Positions 8,820-17,178 of a stretch of 32,000 nucleotides of DNA are shown here, piece by piece; positions within the stretch are counted from its first letter, which is position 1, and every line of letters starts with the position of its first letter. The notes beneath the pieces are model-generated. The model did no database searches. It saw only the letters and a list, made by a program, of their open reading frames with translations, and had not been told where the DNA came from. This DNA comes from Propionibacteriaceae bacterium (GTDB lineage: Bacteria; Actinomycetota; Actinomycetes; Propionibacteriales; Propionibacteriaceae). The DNA is taken from positions 30,001-62,000 of the forward strand of contig JAIRQE010000004.1 in assembly GCA_031256725.1 (NCBI GenBank), given 5' to 3'. Made by a program: the position numbers and the translations under genes.

Positions 8820-9594
8820 CCTCCTCGCCCAGATAGGCTGTGATCACGGCAGGATTATGCTGAATCTTGGAGGCTGTACCTGAGGCGATCAGCAATCCAT
8901 GATCAAGTACATAGATCCGCTCACAGATATTCATGACGAGCGACATATCGTGCTCAATGAGAAGGATCGTGAGAGTGAACTCTTTGCGAAGCCAGCTAAT
9001 CAACTCAGTGAGTTGGGCGGTTTCTGCTGGATTCATTCCCGCAGCTGGCTCATCAAGGAGGAGAAGCACAGGCTGTGTCGCCATAGCTCGGGCAATCTCT
9101 AGACGCCTTTGCTCACCATAGGACATGTTCTGAGCCAGTTCCCCAGCTTTGTCAGCCAGGTCCATGATCCGCAGCAACTCCATGGATTCTTCACGGATCT
9201 TCTGCTCTGTACGCTTGTGCTTGGGTGTGTGCAGGAAGGAGGGTACGAGTCCGTACCTCATCCTTTGAGCCTGCGCAATCATGACATTGTCCAAGACGGA
9301 TAGGGTACGGAAAAGCCTGATGTTTTGGAAGGTACGACCAACTCCAGCCCGACAGATGGCATGGGGTTTCATCCCACCAAGTTTGTGTACTGCTTCGCCA
9401 CGGTGGAACTCAATTGTGCCGGATGAGGGAGGATAAACCCCCGTCAAAAGATTGAAGACAGTGGTCTTACCAGCACCATTGGGGCCAATGAGCCCAACCA
9501 ACTCACCTTCGGTGAGGGTGAGATCCAGGTTGGATACTGCAGCCAAACCGCCGAAGCTCAAGCTGAGTTGATTAAGGGTCAAGATTTCTTTCAC
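8806..9594 (-). CDS. livG: Branched-chain amino acid ABC transporter ATP-binding protein
   Basis: 262-aa ORF with Walker A GPNGAGKTT, signature MSYGEQRRLEIARA and Walker B LLLDEPAAGMNP. It has the LivG-type C-terminus (NPAVITAYLG). Confidence 0.9.
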   Translation of the reverse strand: MKEILTLNQLSLSFGGLAAVSNLDLTLTEGELVGLIGPNGAGKTTVFNLLTGVYPPSSGTIEFHRGEAVHKLGGMKPHAICRAGVGRTFQNIRLFRTLSVLDNVMIAQAQRMRYGLVPSFLHTPKHKRTEQKIREESMELLRIMDLADKAGELAQNMSYGEQRRLEIARAMATQPVLLLLDEPAAGMNPAETAQLTELISWLRKEFTLTILLIEHDMSLVMNICERIYVLDHGLLIASGTASKIQHNPAVITAYLGEEVGDA

Positions 9595-10550
9595 GATGTA
9601 CCCTTTCGTCGACGGGGTACTATTCGTTTAAAGGTATCCATGCTCAGTTCCCTGTCCCCCAGCAAACCTTGGGGACGGAAGACCATGATGACCACAAGGA
9701 TCAAACCGTAGATGATCATTCTCATCTCAGGGAAGTCTTGGAGCCAGGTCGAGATGAGGGCGAGCAGGATTGCCGCGATCACTGATCCTGACAGGGAACC
9801 CAAGCCACCCAACACCACGATGATAAGAATGTCGATAGATTTAAGGAAGCCGAAGAGGTCTGGCTTGATGAAATAGAAGTACGCAGAGTACAACCCACCC
9901 GCTAATCCACCGAAGAATGCACCAACAACGAAGGCGAGGGTCTTCGCTCGTACCGCGTTGATGCCAATTGAGGAAGCTGCGATCTCATCCTCACGGATGG
10001 CAATCAGATCCCGTCCTGGGATTGATTTCAAGAAGTTGGAGATCAGCAAGACCGAACCTGCGGTAAAGACGAACAGCCATGTCCAATCCACGTTGCGCGG
10101 AATTCCAGACAGGCCAGCTGCTCCATTGGTGAACTCGAAGTTCAAAAGGAGTACTCGAATAATTTCAGCCATGCCGAGGGTGGCGATCGCAAGGTAGTCT
10201 CCACGCAATCTCAAGGTGGGAAGTCCGATGAGGAAACCCACGATTGCGGCGATAATCGCTCCCAAAAGGACCCCCCCTAGGAAGGCCCATATGGAGGGGA
10301 ATCTCATCGTGATCAGTGCAGTGGTATAGGCCCCGATAGCCATGAACCCTGCGTGACCAAGCGAGAACTGACCTGTGAAGCCTGTGATGAGATTAAGACT
10401 TGTCGCCAAAATGATGTTGATGCAGATGGTGACCATCGTGATCAGGACATAGTCGTCGATAGCACCAGCAGAAATCAGGGCAAAGACAATGAGGTAGGTC
10501 ATCAGTAAGGCGACGACCTTGATTAGCCACGAAGGAAACCTGGTGTTCAT
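9591..10550 (-). CDS. livM: Branched-chain amino acid ABC transporter permease
   Basis: 319-aa hydrophobic ORF with LivM-like segments (GQFSLGHAGFMAIGAYT, LRLRGDYLAIATLG). It is coupled to its neighbours by 1-4 bp overlaps. Confidence 0.9.
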   Translation of the reverse strand: MNTRFPSWLIKVVALLMTYLIVFALISAGAIDDYVLITMVTICINIILATSLNLITGFTGQFSLGHAGFMAIGAYTTALITMRFPSIWAFLGGVLLGAIIAAIVGFLIGLPTLRLRGDYLAIATLGMAEIIRVLLLNFEFTNGAAGLSGIPRNVDWTWLFVFTAGSVLLISNFLKSIPGRDLIAIREDEIAASSIGINAVRAKTLAFVVGAFFGGLAGGLYSAYFYFIKPDLFGFLKSIDILIIVVLGGLGSLSGSVIAAILLALISTWLQDFPEMRMIIYGLILVVIMVFRPQGLLGDRELSMDTFKRIVPRRRKGTS

Positions 10551-11440
10551 CAGACCTTCTCCTTGATGTTCTTACCGAGTAAACCGGTGGGTTTCACAAT
10601 CAAAATGATGATCAGCACAGCAAAGACGACTCCGTCACGGAACATTGAATACCCTGTTGCCACAACCCCAGTCTCCAGTAGACCCACCATGTAGGCTCCG
10701 ATGAGGGCTCCCGGGATCAGACCGATACCACCGAAGACTGCTGCCACGAAGGCTTTGAGGCCAGGCATGAGACCCATCAGTGGATTGATCGAATTGTAAT
10801 AGACACCTACGAGTACCCCTGCTGCTCCAGCGAGAGCGGACCCGAGAGCAAAAGTCAAAGAGATAGTGTTGTCGACATTGATACCCATGAGACGTGCCGC
10901 CTCGGCATCCTGAGACACCGCCCTCATGGCTCGACCGACTTTTGTTTTTCGTACGATGAATTGAAGCAGAATCATCAGTGTTACCGACACGCCAATGATC
11001 ACAAGTTGCATATTCTTAATAACAACCCCGCCCACAGTGAAGGACCCATTGAGGAAACCCGGAAGGGGTGGGTACGAGCGAACTCCAGCACCCACGAAGT
11101 ACATCATCGTGTACTCCAGTAGTAGGGACACCCCAATAGCTGTGATGAGTACAGCGATTCTGGATGAGTTTCTCAAAGGTCGGTAGGCAACCCTTTCAAT
11201 GAGTACGCCCAGCATCGTACAGATCATCATCGCAATGAGCAGGGATTCAACAAACCCAAGCTTGAATGTCGACATGGAGAAGTACCCGACAAAGGCCCCA
11301 ACCATATAGACATCACCGTGGGCGAAGTTGATGAGTTTAATGATGCCATAGACCATCGTGTACCCCAGCGCGATCAATGCGTAGATACTGCCTAGCGACA
11401 GCCCGTTAATCACCTGTTGAAAAACCTGCTCCATTGGCAT
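10550..11440 (-). CDS. livH: Branched-chain amino acid ABC transporter permease
   Basis: 296-aa hydrophobic ORF with a LivH-like N-terminus (QQVINGLSLGSIYALIALGYTMVYGIIKLINFAHGD). Confidence 0.9.
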   Translation of the reverse strand: MPMEQVFQQVINGLSLGSIYALIALGYTMVYGIIKLINFAHGDVYMVGAFVGYFSMSTFKLGFVESLLIAMMICTMLGVLIERVAYRPLRNSSRIAVLITAIGVSLLLEYTMMYFVGAGVRSYPPLPGFLNGSFTVGGVVIKNMQLVIIGVSVTLMILLQFIVRKTKVGRAMRAVSQDAEAARLMGINVDNTISLTFALGSALAGAAGVLVGVYYNSINPLMGLMPGLKAFVAAVFGGIGLIPGALIGAYMVGLLETGVVATGYSMFRDGVVFAVLIIILIVKPTGLLGKNIKEKV

Positions 11441-11451
11441 CCTTTCCTAGC

Positions 11452-11494
11452 CTATTCATCCCCGGCGAAATCATAGCTCGCCGGGGATGAATAG
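11452..11494 (-). promoter_or_regulatory. Intercistronic stem-loop between the binding-protein gene and livH
   Basis: Perfect 17-bp inverted repeat, CTATTCATCCCCGGCGA (11452-11468) and TCGCCGGGGATGAATAG (11478-11494), with a 9-nt loop. It lies immediately upstream of the livH ribosome-binding site (AGGAAAGG) and has no U-tract. Confidence 0.6.
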
Positions 11495-11506
11495 TGCTGA
11501 GATTTC

Positions 11507-12694
11507 TTAGGACGAGATCTTCTCGCTACTCGCTTGGATGCCGTTCTCCAGCCCGATGACGACGATCGCCTTAATCGGGTTGTGGTTCTCATCGACACTG
11601 AGAGTACCGGTTACTGCCGGGAAGTTCTTAGTCGATGCGAGAGCATCCTTGATAGCCTCACCATTCGCTTCGGTTGCACGAGAGACGGCATCGAAAACGA
11701 AGTTGGCGGTATCGTAGCCAAGAGCGTTGAACGCATTTGGCTCTTTGGAGTACTTAGCCTGGAATGCTGCAATGAACTCGATCACTTTCGGATCCTCATC
11801 AAGGGAGGAATAGTGATTTGTGAAGAACACATTGTTCAGTGCATCTGCTCCACCAAGATTCAGAAGATCTGGAGAGTCGAAACCGTCAGGGCCAAGGATT
11901 GGCTGATTGATGCCCAATTCACGGGCAGCCTTAATAATCAGGCCGGCTTCTTGGTAGTACCCAGGAAGATAGACAACGTCAAACTCGAGACCGCGAGCAC
12001 GGGTCAGGATTGCGTTGAAGTCTGTGTCGCCAGCAACATATGCCTCTTCACCAACAATGGTGCCACCATGGGCTGTGAATGTAGCAGTAAAGTTTTCGGC
12101 CAGACCCTTGGCATAGTCGCTTGAGTTGTCCTTGATGATGATCGCAGACTTGGCATCAAGGGTCTTCGAGGCATAGTTAGCCATAGCAGTACCCTGGAAA
12201 GAGTCATTGAAGCAGGTACGGAAAGCGTACTCTTGCACTCCAGAATCGCTCACAGTCACTTTGTCTGCAGTCGCCGAACCGGAGACGACAGGGACTTTAT
12301 TCTGGTTTGCAACGGGGATGGTTGCCATGAAAGAGCCAGATGTAGCTGGGCCGAGGATGGCAACAACCTTATCTTGGACCATGAGCTTGGTGGCCAAGGT
12401 GGTGGCTTCAGCAGTATCAGACTTGGTGTCGTACTTGACGATCTCGACCTGCTTGCCATTGATACCGCCAGCGGCATTGACTTCGTCGACAGCCATCATG
12501 ATGCCGTCAACGGAATCAGAGCCATAGGTGGCAACCGCGCCGGACTGTTCGTAATTGACACCGATCTTGATGGTATCTGTGCCTTCGTTGCTACCAGGAT
12601 CAGTGTTGGTTCCGCAACCAGCAAGCGAAAGACCCAAGGCTGCAGCGATCAGGCCTACGCAGACACGCCGCAGGATTGGTTGAGTTGTGTTCAT
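11507..12694 (-). CDS. livK: Branched-chain amino acid ABC transporter substrate-binding lipoprotein (LivK/LivJ-like, Peripla_BP_6)
   Basis: The ORF is in the track as 11507..12760. I prefer the internal ATG at 12694 because it is preceded by GGAGGAG. From that start the protein begins MNTTQPILRRVCVGLIAAALGLSLAG-C, a signal peptide plus lipobox. The body is typical of LivK-family binding proteins (IKIGVNYEQSGAVATYG...). Confidence 0.9.
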   Translation of the reverse strand: MNTTQPILRRVCVGLIAAALGLSLAGCGTNTDPGSNEGTDTIKIGVNYEQSGAVATYGSDSVDGIMMAVDEVNAAGGINGKQVEIVKYDTKSDTAEATTLATKLMVQDKVVAILGPATSGSFMATIPVANQNKVPVVSGSATADKVTVSDSGVQEYAFRTCFNDSFQGTAMANYASKTLDAKSAIIIKDNSSDYAKGLAENFTATFTAHGGTIVGEEAYVAGDTDFNAILTRARGLEFDVVYLPGYYQEAGLIIKAARELGINQPILGPDGFDSPDLLNLGGADALNNVFFTNHYSSLDEDPKVIEFIAAFQAKYSKEPNAFNALGYDTANFVFDAVSRATEANGEAIKDALASTKNFPAVTGTLSVDENHNPIKAIVVIGLENGIQASSEKISS

Positions 12695-12937
12695 TAGTTC
12701 TGCTCCTCCAGGAGTGATTTGTCTTATGAGCTGGGGAGAATGATGATCAACACAGTACAAGTTCAGGCAATGATATCCCCGCCAGTACAGATATTGCTCA
12801 GCACGCTCCGCAGCCCTAATCGTAATCCTTTCTCAAGGCAACGTGGTGTACTGTTCAAAAAACACCCACAAAGTTTAGAGCGCTTTTGTCTTGGTGTCGC
12901 TATAGACTTAAACGAAGTCAACAAAGGAGTGAGTACT

Positions 12938-13924
12938 ATGAACGAGATTGAAGCAGGATTCTTGGGCCTAGCCGTTGGAGATGCTCTCGGAGTGCCAGTC
13001 GAGTTCAGTAGTCGAGCTCAACTGGATGCCCATCCCGTCGACGGAATGTTCGGTAACGGCACATACCGCAAACCTGCTGGAACCTGGTCTGACGACACTA
13101 GTCTATCCTTGGCCCTCGCGGATTCCCTTGCTCATGGAGAGGTTGACTACGCCGATATCATGGCCAAATTTATTTCCTGGTATCAAGACAGTGCCTATAC
13201 TACTGACGGACAGCGTTTCGATATTGGTACGACCACCTTTGCCGCTTTTCAGCGTTTCCTCCAAGGGGCTGAGCCGACCCAAAGTGGTGGCCCAGCAGAT
13301 TCCGATAATGGCAACGGGTCGCTGATGCGTATCCTGCCAATCACCTTCTATCTTCGTGCTCGAAATGGGAAGATCCTCACTGATGAGGGTGTGGACATCA
13401 TCCATAATCTTTCGGCTCTCACCCACCGCCATCCCCGCAGTCAGGTCGCTTGCGTCACCTACTGTAATATCGCCCACCATGTCCTCGAAGACTCAACCCT
13501 TCTTGAAGCAGTACAAAACGGGATCGCAGAGGTTGAGGAGTACTACGCCGACAAACCCACCTTCTTTAAAGAGTTGTCGAAATTCAAATACTTCCGAAAA
13601 GACGAGTTGAATAATCCAGCCTTCCCCTCCTTGGAGAGGGATGATGTTCGCTCCAGTGGCTATGTGGTTGATACCTTGGATGCTGCCTTATGGTGCCTCC
13701 TTCATCATGAGGGGTACCATGACACTGTGCTTGCTGCGGTCAATCTTGGTGGCGACACTGATACTAAGGGAGCAATCTGTGGGGCTTTAGCGGGGTTGTA
13801 CTATCAAACCAGGAAGGTGGATGAATCCACAATGATCCCCCAGCTTTGGTTGGATGAAATCGTGAACAAGGAAGCCATCATGGACATCTGTGAACGTTTC
13901 TCTGCTTCGTTGCCGAATGGATAA
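12938..13924 (+). CDS. ADP-ribosylglycohydrolase family protein
   Basis: The track ORF is 12719..13924. I prefer the ATG at 12938, preceded by AAAGGAG. The N-terminus (GFLGLAVGDALGVPVEF), the WSDDTSLSLAL segment and the C-terminal GGDTDTKGAICGALAG are the hallmark ARH (PF03747-type) metal-binding motifs. Confidence 0.85.
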   Translation: MNEIEAGFLGLAVGDALGVPVEFSSRAQLDAHPVDGMFGNGTYRKPAGTWSDDTSLSLALADSLAHGEVDYADIMAKFISWYQDSAYTTDGQRFDIGTTTFAAFQRFLQGAEPTQSGGPADSDNGNGSLMRILPITFYLRARNGKILTDEGVDIIHNLSALTHRHPRSQVACVTYCNIAHHVLEDSTLLEAVQNGIAEVEEYYADKPTFFKELSKFKYFRKDELNNPAFPSLERDDVRSSGYVVDTLDAALWCLLHHEGYHDTVLAAVNLGGDTDTKGAICGALAGLYYQTRKVDESTMIPQLWLDEIVNKEAIMDICERFSASLPNG

Positions 13925-13974
13925 AACAGTCGTCATCAACATCGACTAACTATCATTCTTGGTGAGAAAGATGA

Positions 13975-13980
13975 TAGAAT
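13975..13980 (+). promoter_or_regulatory. Candidate -10 hexamer (TAGAAT) positioned for a leaderless transcript of the PLDc_N gene
   Basis: TAGAAT ends 6 nt before the ATG at 13987, and no Shine-Dalgarno sequence lies between them. This spacing fits actinobacterial leaderless mRNAs. An imperfect inverted repeat (13950-13977) overlaps the site. Pattern match only. Confidence 0.3.
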
Positions 13981-13986
13981 AATGTC

Positions 13987-14202
13987 ATGTTAGGCGATCT
14001 CACCCCATACCTTCCCATTCTCATACCTCTGGTCATCATTCAACTGGGCCTGATGGTTTGGGCCTTGATCCATATCCTTACACATAAGCATTACCGCGTG
14101 GGTACTCGCATCATGTGGGTGATCATTGCTGTCGTTGTGAACACCATTGGACCCATCCTGTATTTCGTTCTTGGACGAAGCGACCAGGAGGATGACGACT
14201 GA
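13987..14202 (+). CDS. Small membrane protein with PLD-nuclease N-terminal (PLDc_N) domain, YxlE-like
   Basis: 71-aa ORF with two hydrophobic helices and the family-typical motifs (WALIHIL..., W.IIAVVVNTIGPILYFVLGR). Its stop overlaps the start of the ABC ATPase gene (TGATG). Confidence 0.75.
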   Translation: MLGDLTPYLPILIPLVIIQLGLMVWALIHILTHKHYRVGTRIMWVIIAVVVNTIGPILYFVLGRSDQEDDD

Positions 14203-15107
14203 TGGATGTGCTTCGGATCGAAAACCTCACCAAGAGTTTCGGCTTGACAACAATCCTGAACGGCATTTCCTTTGCAGTACCACCTGGGTCGGTCTTTGGC
14301 TTCATTGGCGAAAATGGGGCAGGAAAGACCACGACAATGAAAATCATTTTGGGTCTATTAAAACCTGACTCTGGCAGTGTGACAGTCTGTGGGGAAAGGG
14401 TACGCTTCGGGATGACGAAGACGAACCGAAATGTTGGGTACCTCCCCGATGTTCCTGAGTTTTACCCCTACATGCGGGCCAGGGAGTACCTGAAATTCTG
14501 TGGTGAGGTAGCAGGGTTAACGGATACTCAGATCAAAGATCGAAGTGGAAGCTATTGTGAACTTGTTGGCCTAGCAACAGGCAAGAAAAGAATTGGTGCC
14601 TTCTCTCGTGGAATGAAACAGCGCTTAGGTATGGCTCAGGCTCTCATGACCGAACCCCAACTTCTGATCTGTGATGAGCCCACATCGGCGCTTGATCCTG
14701 TTGGCCGCAAGGATATCCTCGACATTTTGAGGCTCATTCGGGGTACAACGACTGTGATCTTTTCTACCCATATTCTCTCCGATGTGGAGAGGATCTGTGA
14801 CTCAGCTGCTGTCCTACATCAGGGTCGAATCGTGTTGGAGGGAACCCTTCAAGAATTGAAGACCCGCCACGGTTCTCAAGGACTCTTCATAGAGTTCGAC
14901 CATCCAGATGACACCGAGGTCTTCTGTGAACTGATCCCACCCCAGTGGTTGGGTGAGCGTGGGGCCACCGAGGTACGTCTTCGCACTGCAGATAAACGTG
15001 ATGAGCATGAGGTTCTAAGAATTCTTGCTGCGAATGCCCTTGTCCCCCTGCGTTTAGAGGTCATTGCTCCAAGCATTGAGTCTCTCTTCTTGGAGGCGGT
15101 CTCATGA
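14202..15107 (+). CDS. ABC transporter ATP-binding protein (ABC-2 subfamily, YxlF-like)
   Basis: 301-aa ORF with Walker A GENGAGKTT, signature FSRGMKQRLGMAQA and Walker B LICDEPTSALDP. It overlaps the permease gene by 4 bp. Confidence 0.9.
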   Translation: MDVLRIENLTKSFGLTTILNGISFAVPPGSVFGFIGENGAGKTTTMKIILGLLKPDSGSVTVCGERVRFGMTKTNRNVGYLPDVPEFYPYMRAREYLKFCGEVAGLTDTQIKDRSGSYCELVGLATGKKRIGAFSRGMKQRLGMAQALMTEPQLLICDEPTSALDPVGRKDILDILRLIRGTTTVIFSTHILSDVERICDSAAVLHQGRIVLEGTLQELKTRHGSQGLFIEFDHPDDTEVFCELIPPQWLGERGATEVRLRTADKRDEHEVLRILAANALVPLRLEVIAPSIESLFLEAVS

Positions 15108-15871
15108 GAAGTTACATCGCTTTTACCAAGAAGGAGTTCCTGGAGAGTTTCCGTACCTACCGGCTCGTCATCATGGTCGCTGCCCTGGCTTTCTTCGGTT
15201 TGCTGAGCCCCTTCACTGCGAGGATCCTTCCCGATATTCTGTCAGGAATGGACATCGGTGGCGGTGTGGTCATCGAACTACCTGAACCCAGCGCCAATGA
15301 TTCTTGGGCGCAGTTCTTCTCCAATATCTCCCAGATGGGGATGCTCGTTGTGATCATCGTTTTCTGTGGGATCACTGCAAATGAGTTGTCCAAGGGTACT
15401 CTTATCAACATTGTGACCAAGGGAATCCGCAGACATACTGTTCTTTTAGCCAAGTTCACAGTTGCCACACTCATGTGGACCCTGGGTTATGCCCTGTCCT
15501 TGGGTATCTGCCTGGGATATACCATCTATTTCTGGGGTACCCACGACCTTCCCCATGCCTGGTTAACCTTTGGTGCTCCCTGGCTGTTTGGGGTACTCCT
15601 TATCATTGTGATGATTCTTGGCGGGATCTGTACCTCATCAATCACTGGAAGTCTCGTTGGCGTTGGTGTCATCGTCATTGGCCTGAACCTGATCAATATC
15701 GCTCCCGCTGCCCAGAAGTACAATCCTATCTCTTTGGCGGGTGGTACCTTCGGAATCCTTGATAGCTCCGCAACAGTGGATGACTTCTTTCCCGCAGCCC
15801 TCATCTGCGTGGGAGTTATTGTGGTCACCTTGGTTGCCTCCATCGTGGTCTTCGATAGGAAGCAGTTGTGA
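15104..15871 (+). CDS. ABC-2 family transporter permease (YxlG-like)
   Basis: 255-aa ORF with six hydrophobic segments. It is coupled to the upstream ATPase gene. Confidence 0.85.
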   Translation: MRSYIAFTKKEFLESFRTYRLVIMVAALAFFGLLSPFTARILPDILSGMDIGGGVVIELPEPSANDSWAQFFSNISQMGMLVVIIVFCGITANELSKGTLINIVTKGIRRHTVLLAKFTVATLMWTLGYALSLGICLGYTIYFWGTHDLPHAWLTFGAPWLFGVLLIIVMILGGICTSSITGSLVGVGVIVIGLNLINIAPAAQKYNPISLAGGTFGILDSSATVDDFFPAALICVGVIVVTLVASIVVFDRKQL

Positions 15872-15954
15872 TCTTCTTTGATGACCGTCAAACAAACATT
15901 GACGCTGCCCTAGATCTCGGGATGGATGCCATCCTTTTCACAGACGTACCATAG
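15859..15954 (+). pseudogene. 3' stump of a HAD-superfamily (subfamily IA-like) phosphatase gene
   Basis: Manual translation from 15859 gives EAVVIFFDDRQTNIDAALDLGMDAILFTDVP*. This matches the HAD motif IV region and C-terminus (..FxDD...N..aA...Gm.aI.F). There is an in-frame stop at 15856-15858 and no upstream HAD motifs I-III, so about 170 codons are missing. Confidence 0.6.
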
Positions 15955-16034
15955 GTGTCGCAAAGCCCTCCAAGAATGTGGGATCCTTGAGGAGAAAACA
16001 TGATCCTGAATCGACTATTGTCAGTGAATACAGG

Positions 16035-16580
16035 ATGATTGTTGATGTGTTTGAGAAGATGAATCCTGTTGCGGCCATTGATCACCCGGATCTGATGGCA
16101 GCGAGTACATATGAGGCTTTGCAGTACATCCCGAATGCTCTGGCTTTTGAACTGGATCCGACACTGTCGGAAACGGAGTCGGTGTGTACAACCTTCGATC
16201 TCCCTCACAATGTGATGGGCAATGCTGTCCTCGTCATGGGTAAACGTGAGGGTGAAGTACGCCAGTGCTGTTGTATGACTCTAGCCAATCGTCGTGTTGA
16301 TGTGAACAAGTTCGTTCGTAAGCAACTCAATGTCCGTAGTGCCTCCTTCGCGCCCATGGATCTAGCCGTTGAGTCTTCGGGGATGGAGTACGGTGCCATC
16401 ACTCCAGTGGGGCTGAATCCTCAGTGGCCAGTCTGGCTGGATGAGACAATACGCGATGTCGAATGGCTCATCATCGGCTCAGGAGTACGCCATGGAAAGC
16501 TTATTGTTCCCGGAGCATCACTATTGAACCTGCCTGGTGCTCAATTGATGACTGGACTCACAATCATTGGAAACGCTTAG
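16035..16580 (+). CDS. YbaK/ProX-type aminoacyl-tRNA deacylase domain protein
   Basis: The track ORF is 15978..16580 with a GTG start. The start is uncertain; ATGs at 16035 or 16059 are more plausible. The body (NAVLVMGKREGEVRQCCCMTLANRRVDVNKFVRKQL...MEYGAITPVGL...WLIIGSGVRHGKLIV) fits the YbaK/EbsC editing-domain fold pattern. Confidence 0.75.
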   Translation: MIVDVFEKMNPVAAIDHPDLMAASTYEALQYIPNALAFELDPTLSETESVCTTFDLPHNVMGNAVLVMGKREGEVRQCCCMTLANRRVDVNKFVRKQLNVRSASFAPMDLAVESSGMEYGAITPVGLNPQWPVWLDETIRDVEWLIIGSGVRHGKLIVPGASLLNLPGAQLMTGLTIIGNA

Positions 16581-17178
16581 GTACATCAACAATTCTTGAC
16601 TTATCCCACGGTTGGTACCATCCACCCAGGTCGATCAGGATATCCACCAGTCGTGCAGTAAATCCCCACAGGAAGAGGTCACCCATCTGCCAAGCCGGGC
16701 CGGTGTACCCAATTCGAAACCGGGCTGTGACTCTATGGACGGGATCAGCCAACTCGGATAATGACCAGCTGAGAATGGAGTCAACCTCCTCGGGGTCATG
16801 GACTAGTACCTCTTCCAAGCCAGACCATGTGGCGACGATGGGGATGACGTGATTGGAACTCACTGAAATCTCACGAGTCCTCAGCTGTCCAAGGGGATGA
16901 ACACACGCGGGATCAAGCCCAATCTCTTCGGACATCTCACGAAAGGCAGTATCCCTTGGGCAGGAATCCTGGGATTCTCGCCCTCCTCCTGGGAAGCTGA
17001 TCTGACCTCCATGATGGCTCAAACCCGAGGCTCTCAGCGTGAACAGAAGACGGGAATCATCCTCGTTTGTGAGCAGAGCAACCACCGCTGACAAGCGCTG
17101 ATTCTGAGAAACACTCGGCCATTGAGAATCCATGGGATCCAGATTGGCCCTGAGTTGAGTCCCCCAAGAGTAGGTCAC
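16564..17178 (-). CDS. Nudix hydrolase, CoA pyrophosphatase type
   Basis: 204-aa ORF with Nudix box GGGRESQDSCPRDTAFREMSEEIGL. The box is preceded by the CoA-Nudix signature region (LLFTLRASGLSHHGGQISFPGG). Its GTG start overlaps the GH13 stop (GTGA). Confidence 0.85.
   Translation of the reverse strand: MTYSWGTQLRANLDPMDSQWPSVSQNQRLSAVVALLTNEDDSRLLFTLRASGLSHHGGQISFPGGGRESQDSCPRDTAFREMSEEIGLDPACVHPLGQLRTREISVSSNHVIPIVATWSGLEEVLVHDPEEVDSILSWSLSELADPVHRVTARFRIGYTGPAWQMGDLFLWGFTARLVDILIDLGGWYQPWDKSRIVDVPKRFQ

Noticed and set aside
11534-12697. Plus-strand ORFs of 196, 106 and 154 aa
   Set aside because: All are antisense to the LivK-like binding-protein gene, whose signal peptide, lipobox and SD make the minus-strand frame unambiguous.
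12695-12937. N-terminal extensions of the track ORFs 11507..12760 and 12719..13924, which would overlap each other head-to-head
   Set aside because: Internal ATGs with strong SD sequences (12694 and 12938) give proteins starting at a signal peptide and at the conserved ARH N-terminus respectively. The extensions have no family-like sequence.
12938-13924. ADP-ribosylglycohydrolase as the antitoxin or immunity half of an ADP-ribosylation toxin system
   Set aside because: No ADP-ribosyltransferase-like ORF, no small adjacent partner and no mobile-element context were found. Stand-alone ARH genes are common in actinobacteria.
15888-16208. 106-aa minus-strand ORF
   Set aside because: It spans the HAD stump and the 5' end of the YbaK-type gene in antisense. 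It is Arg/Cys/His-rich with no start signals.
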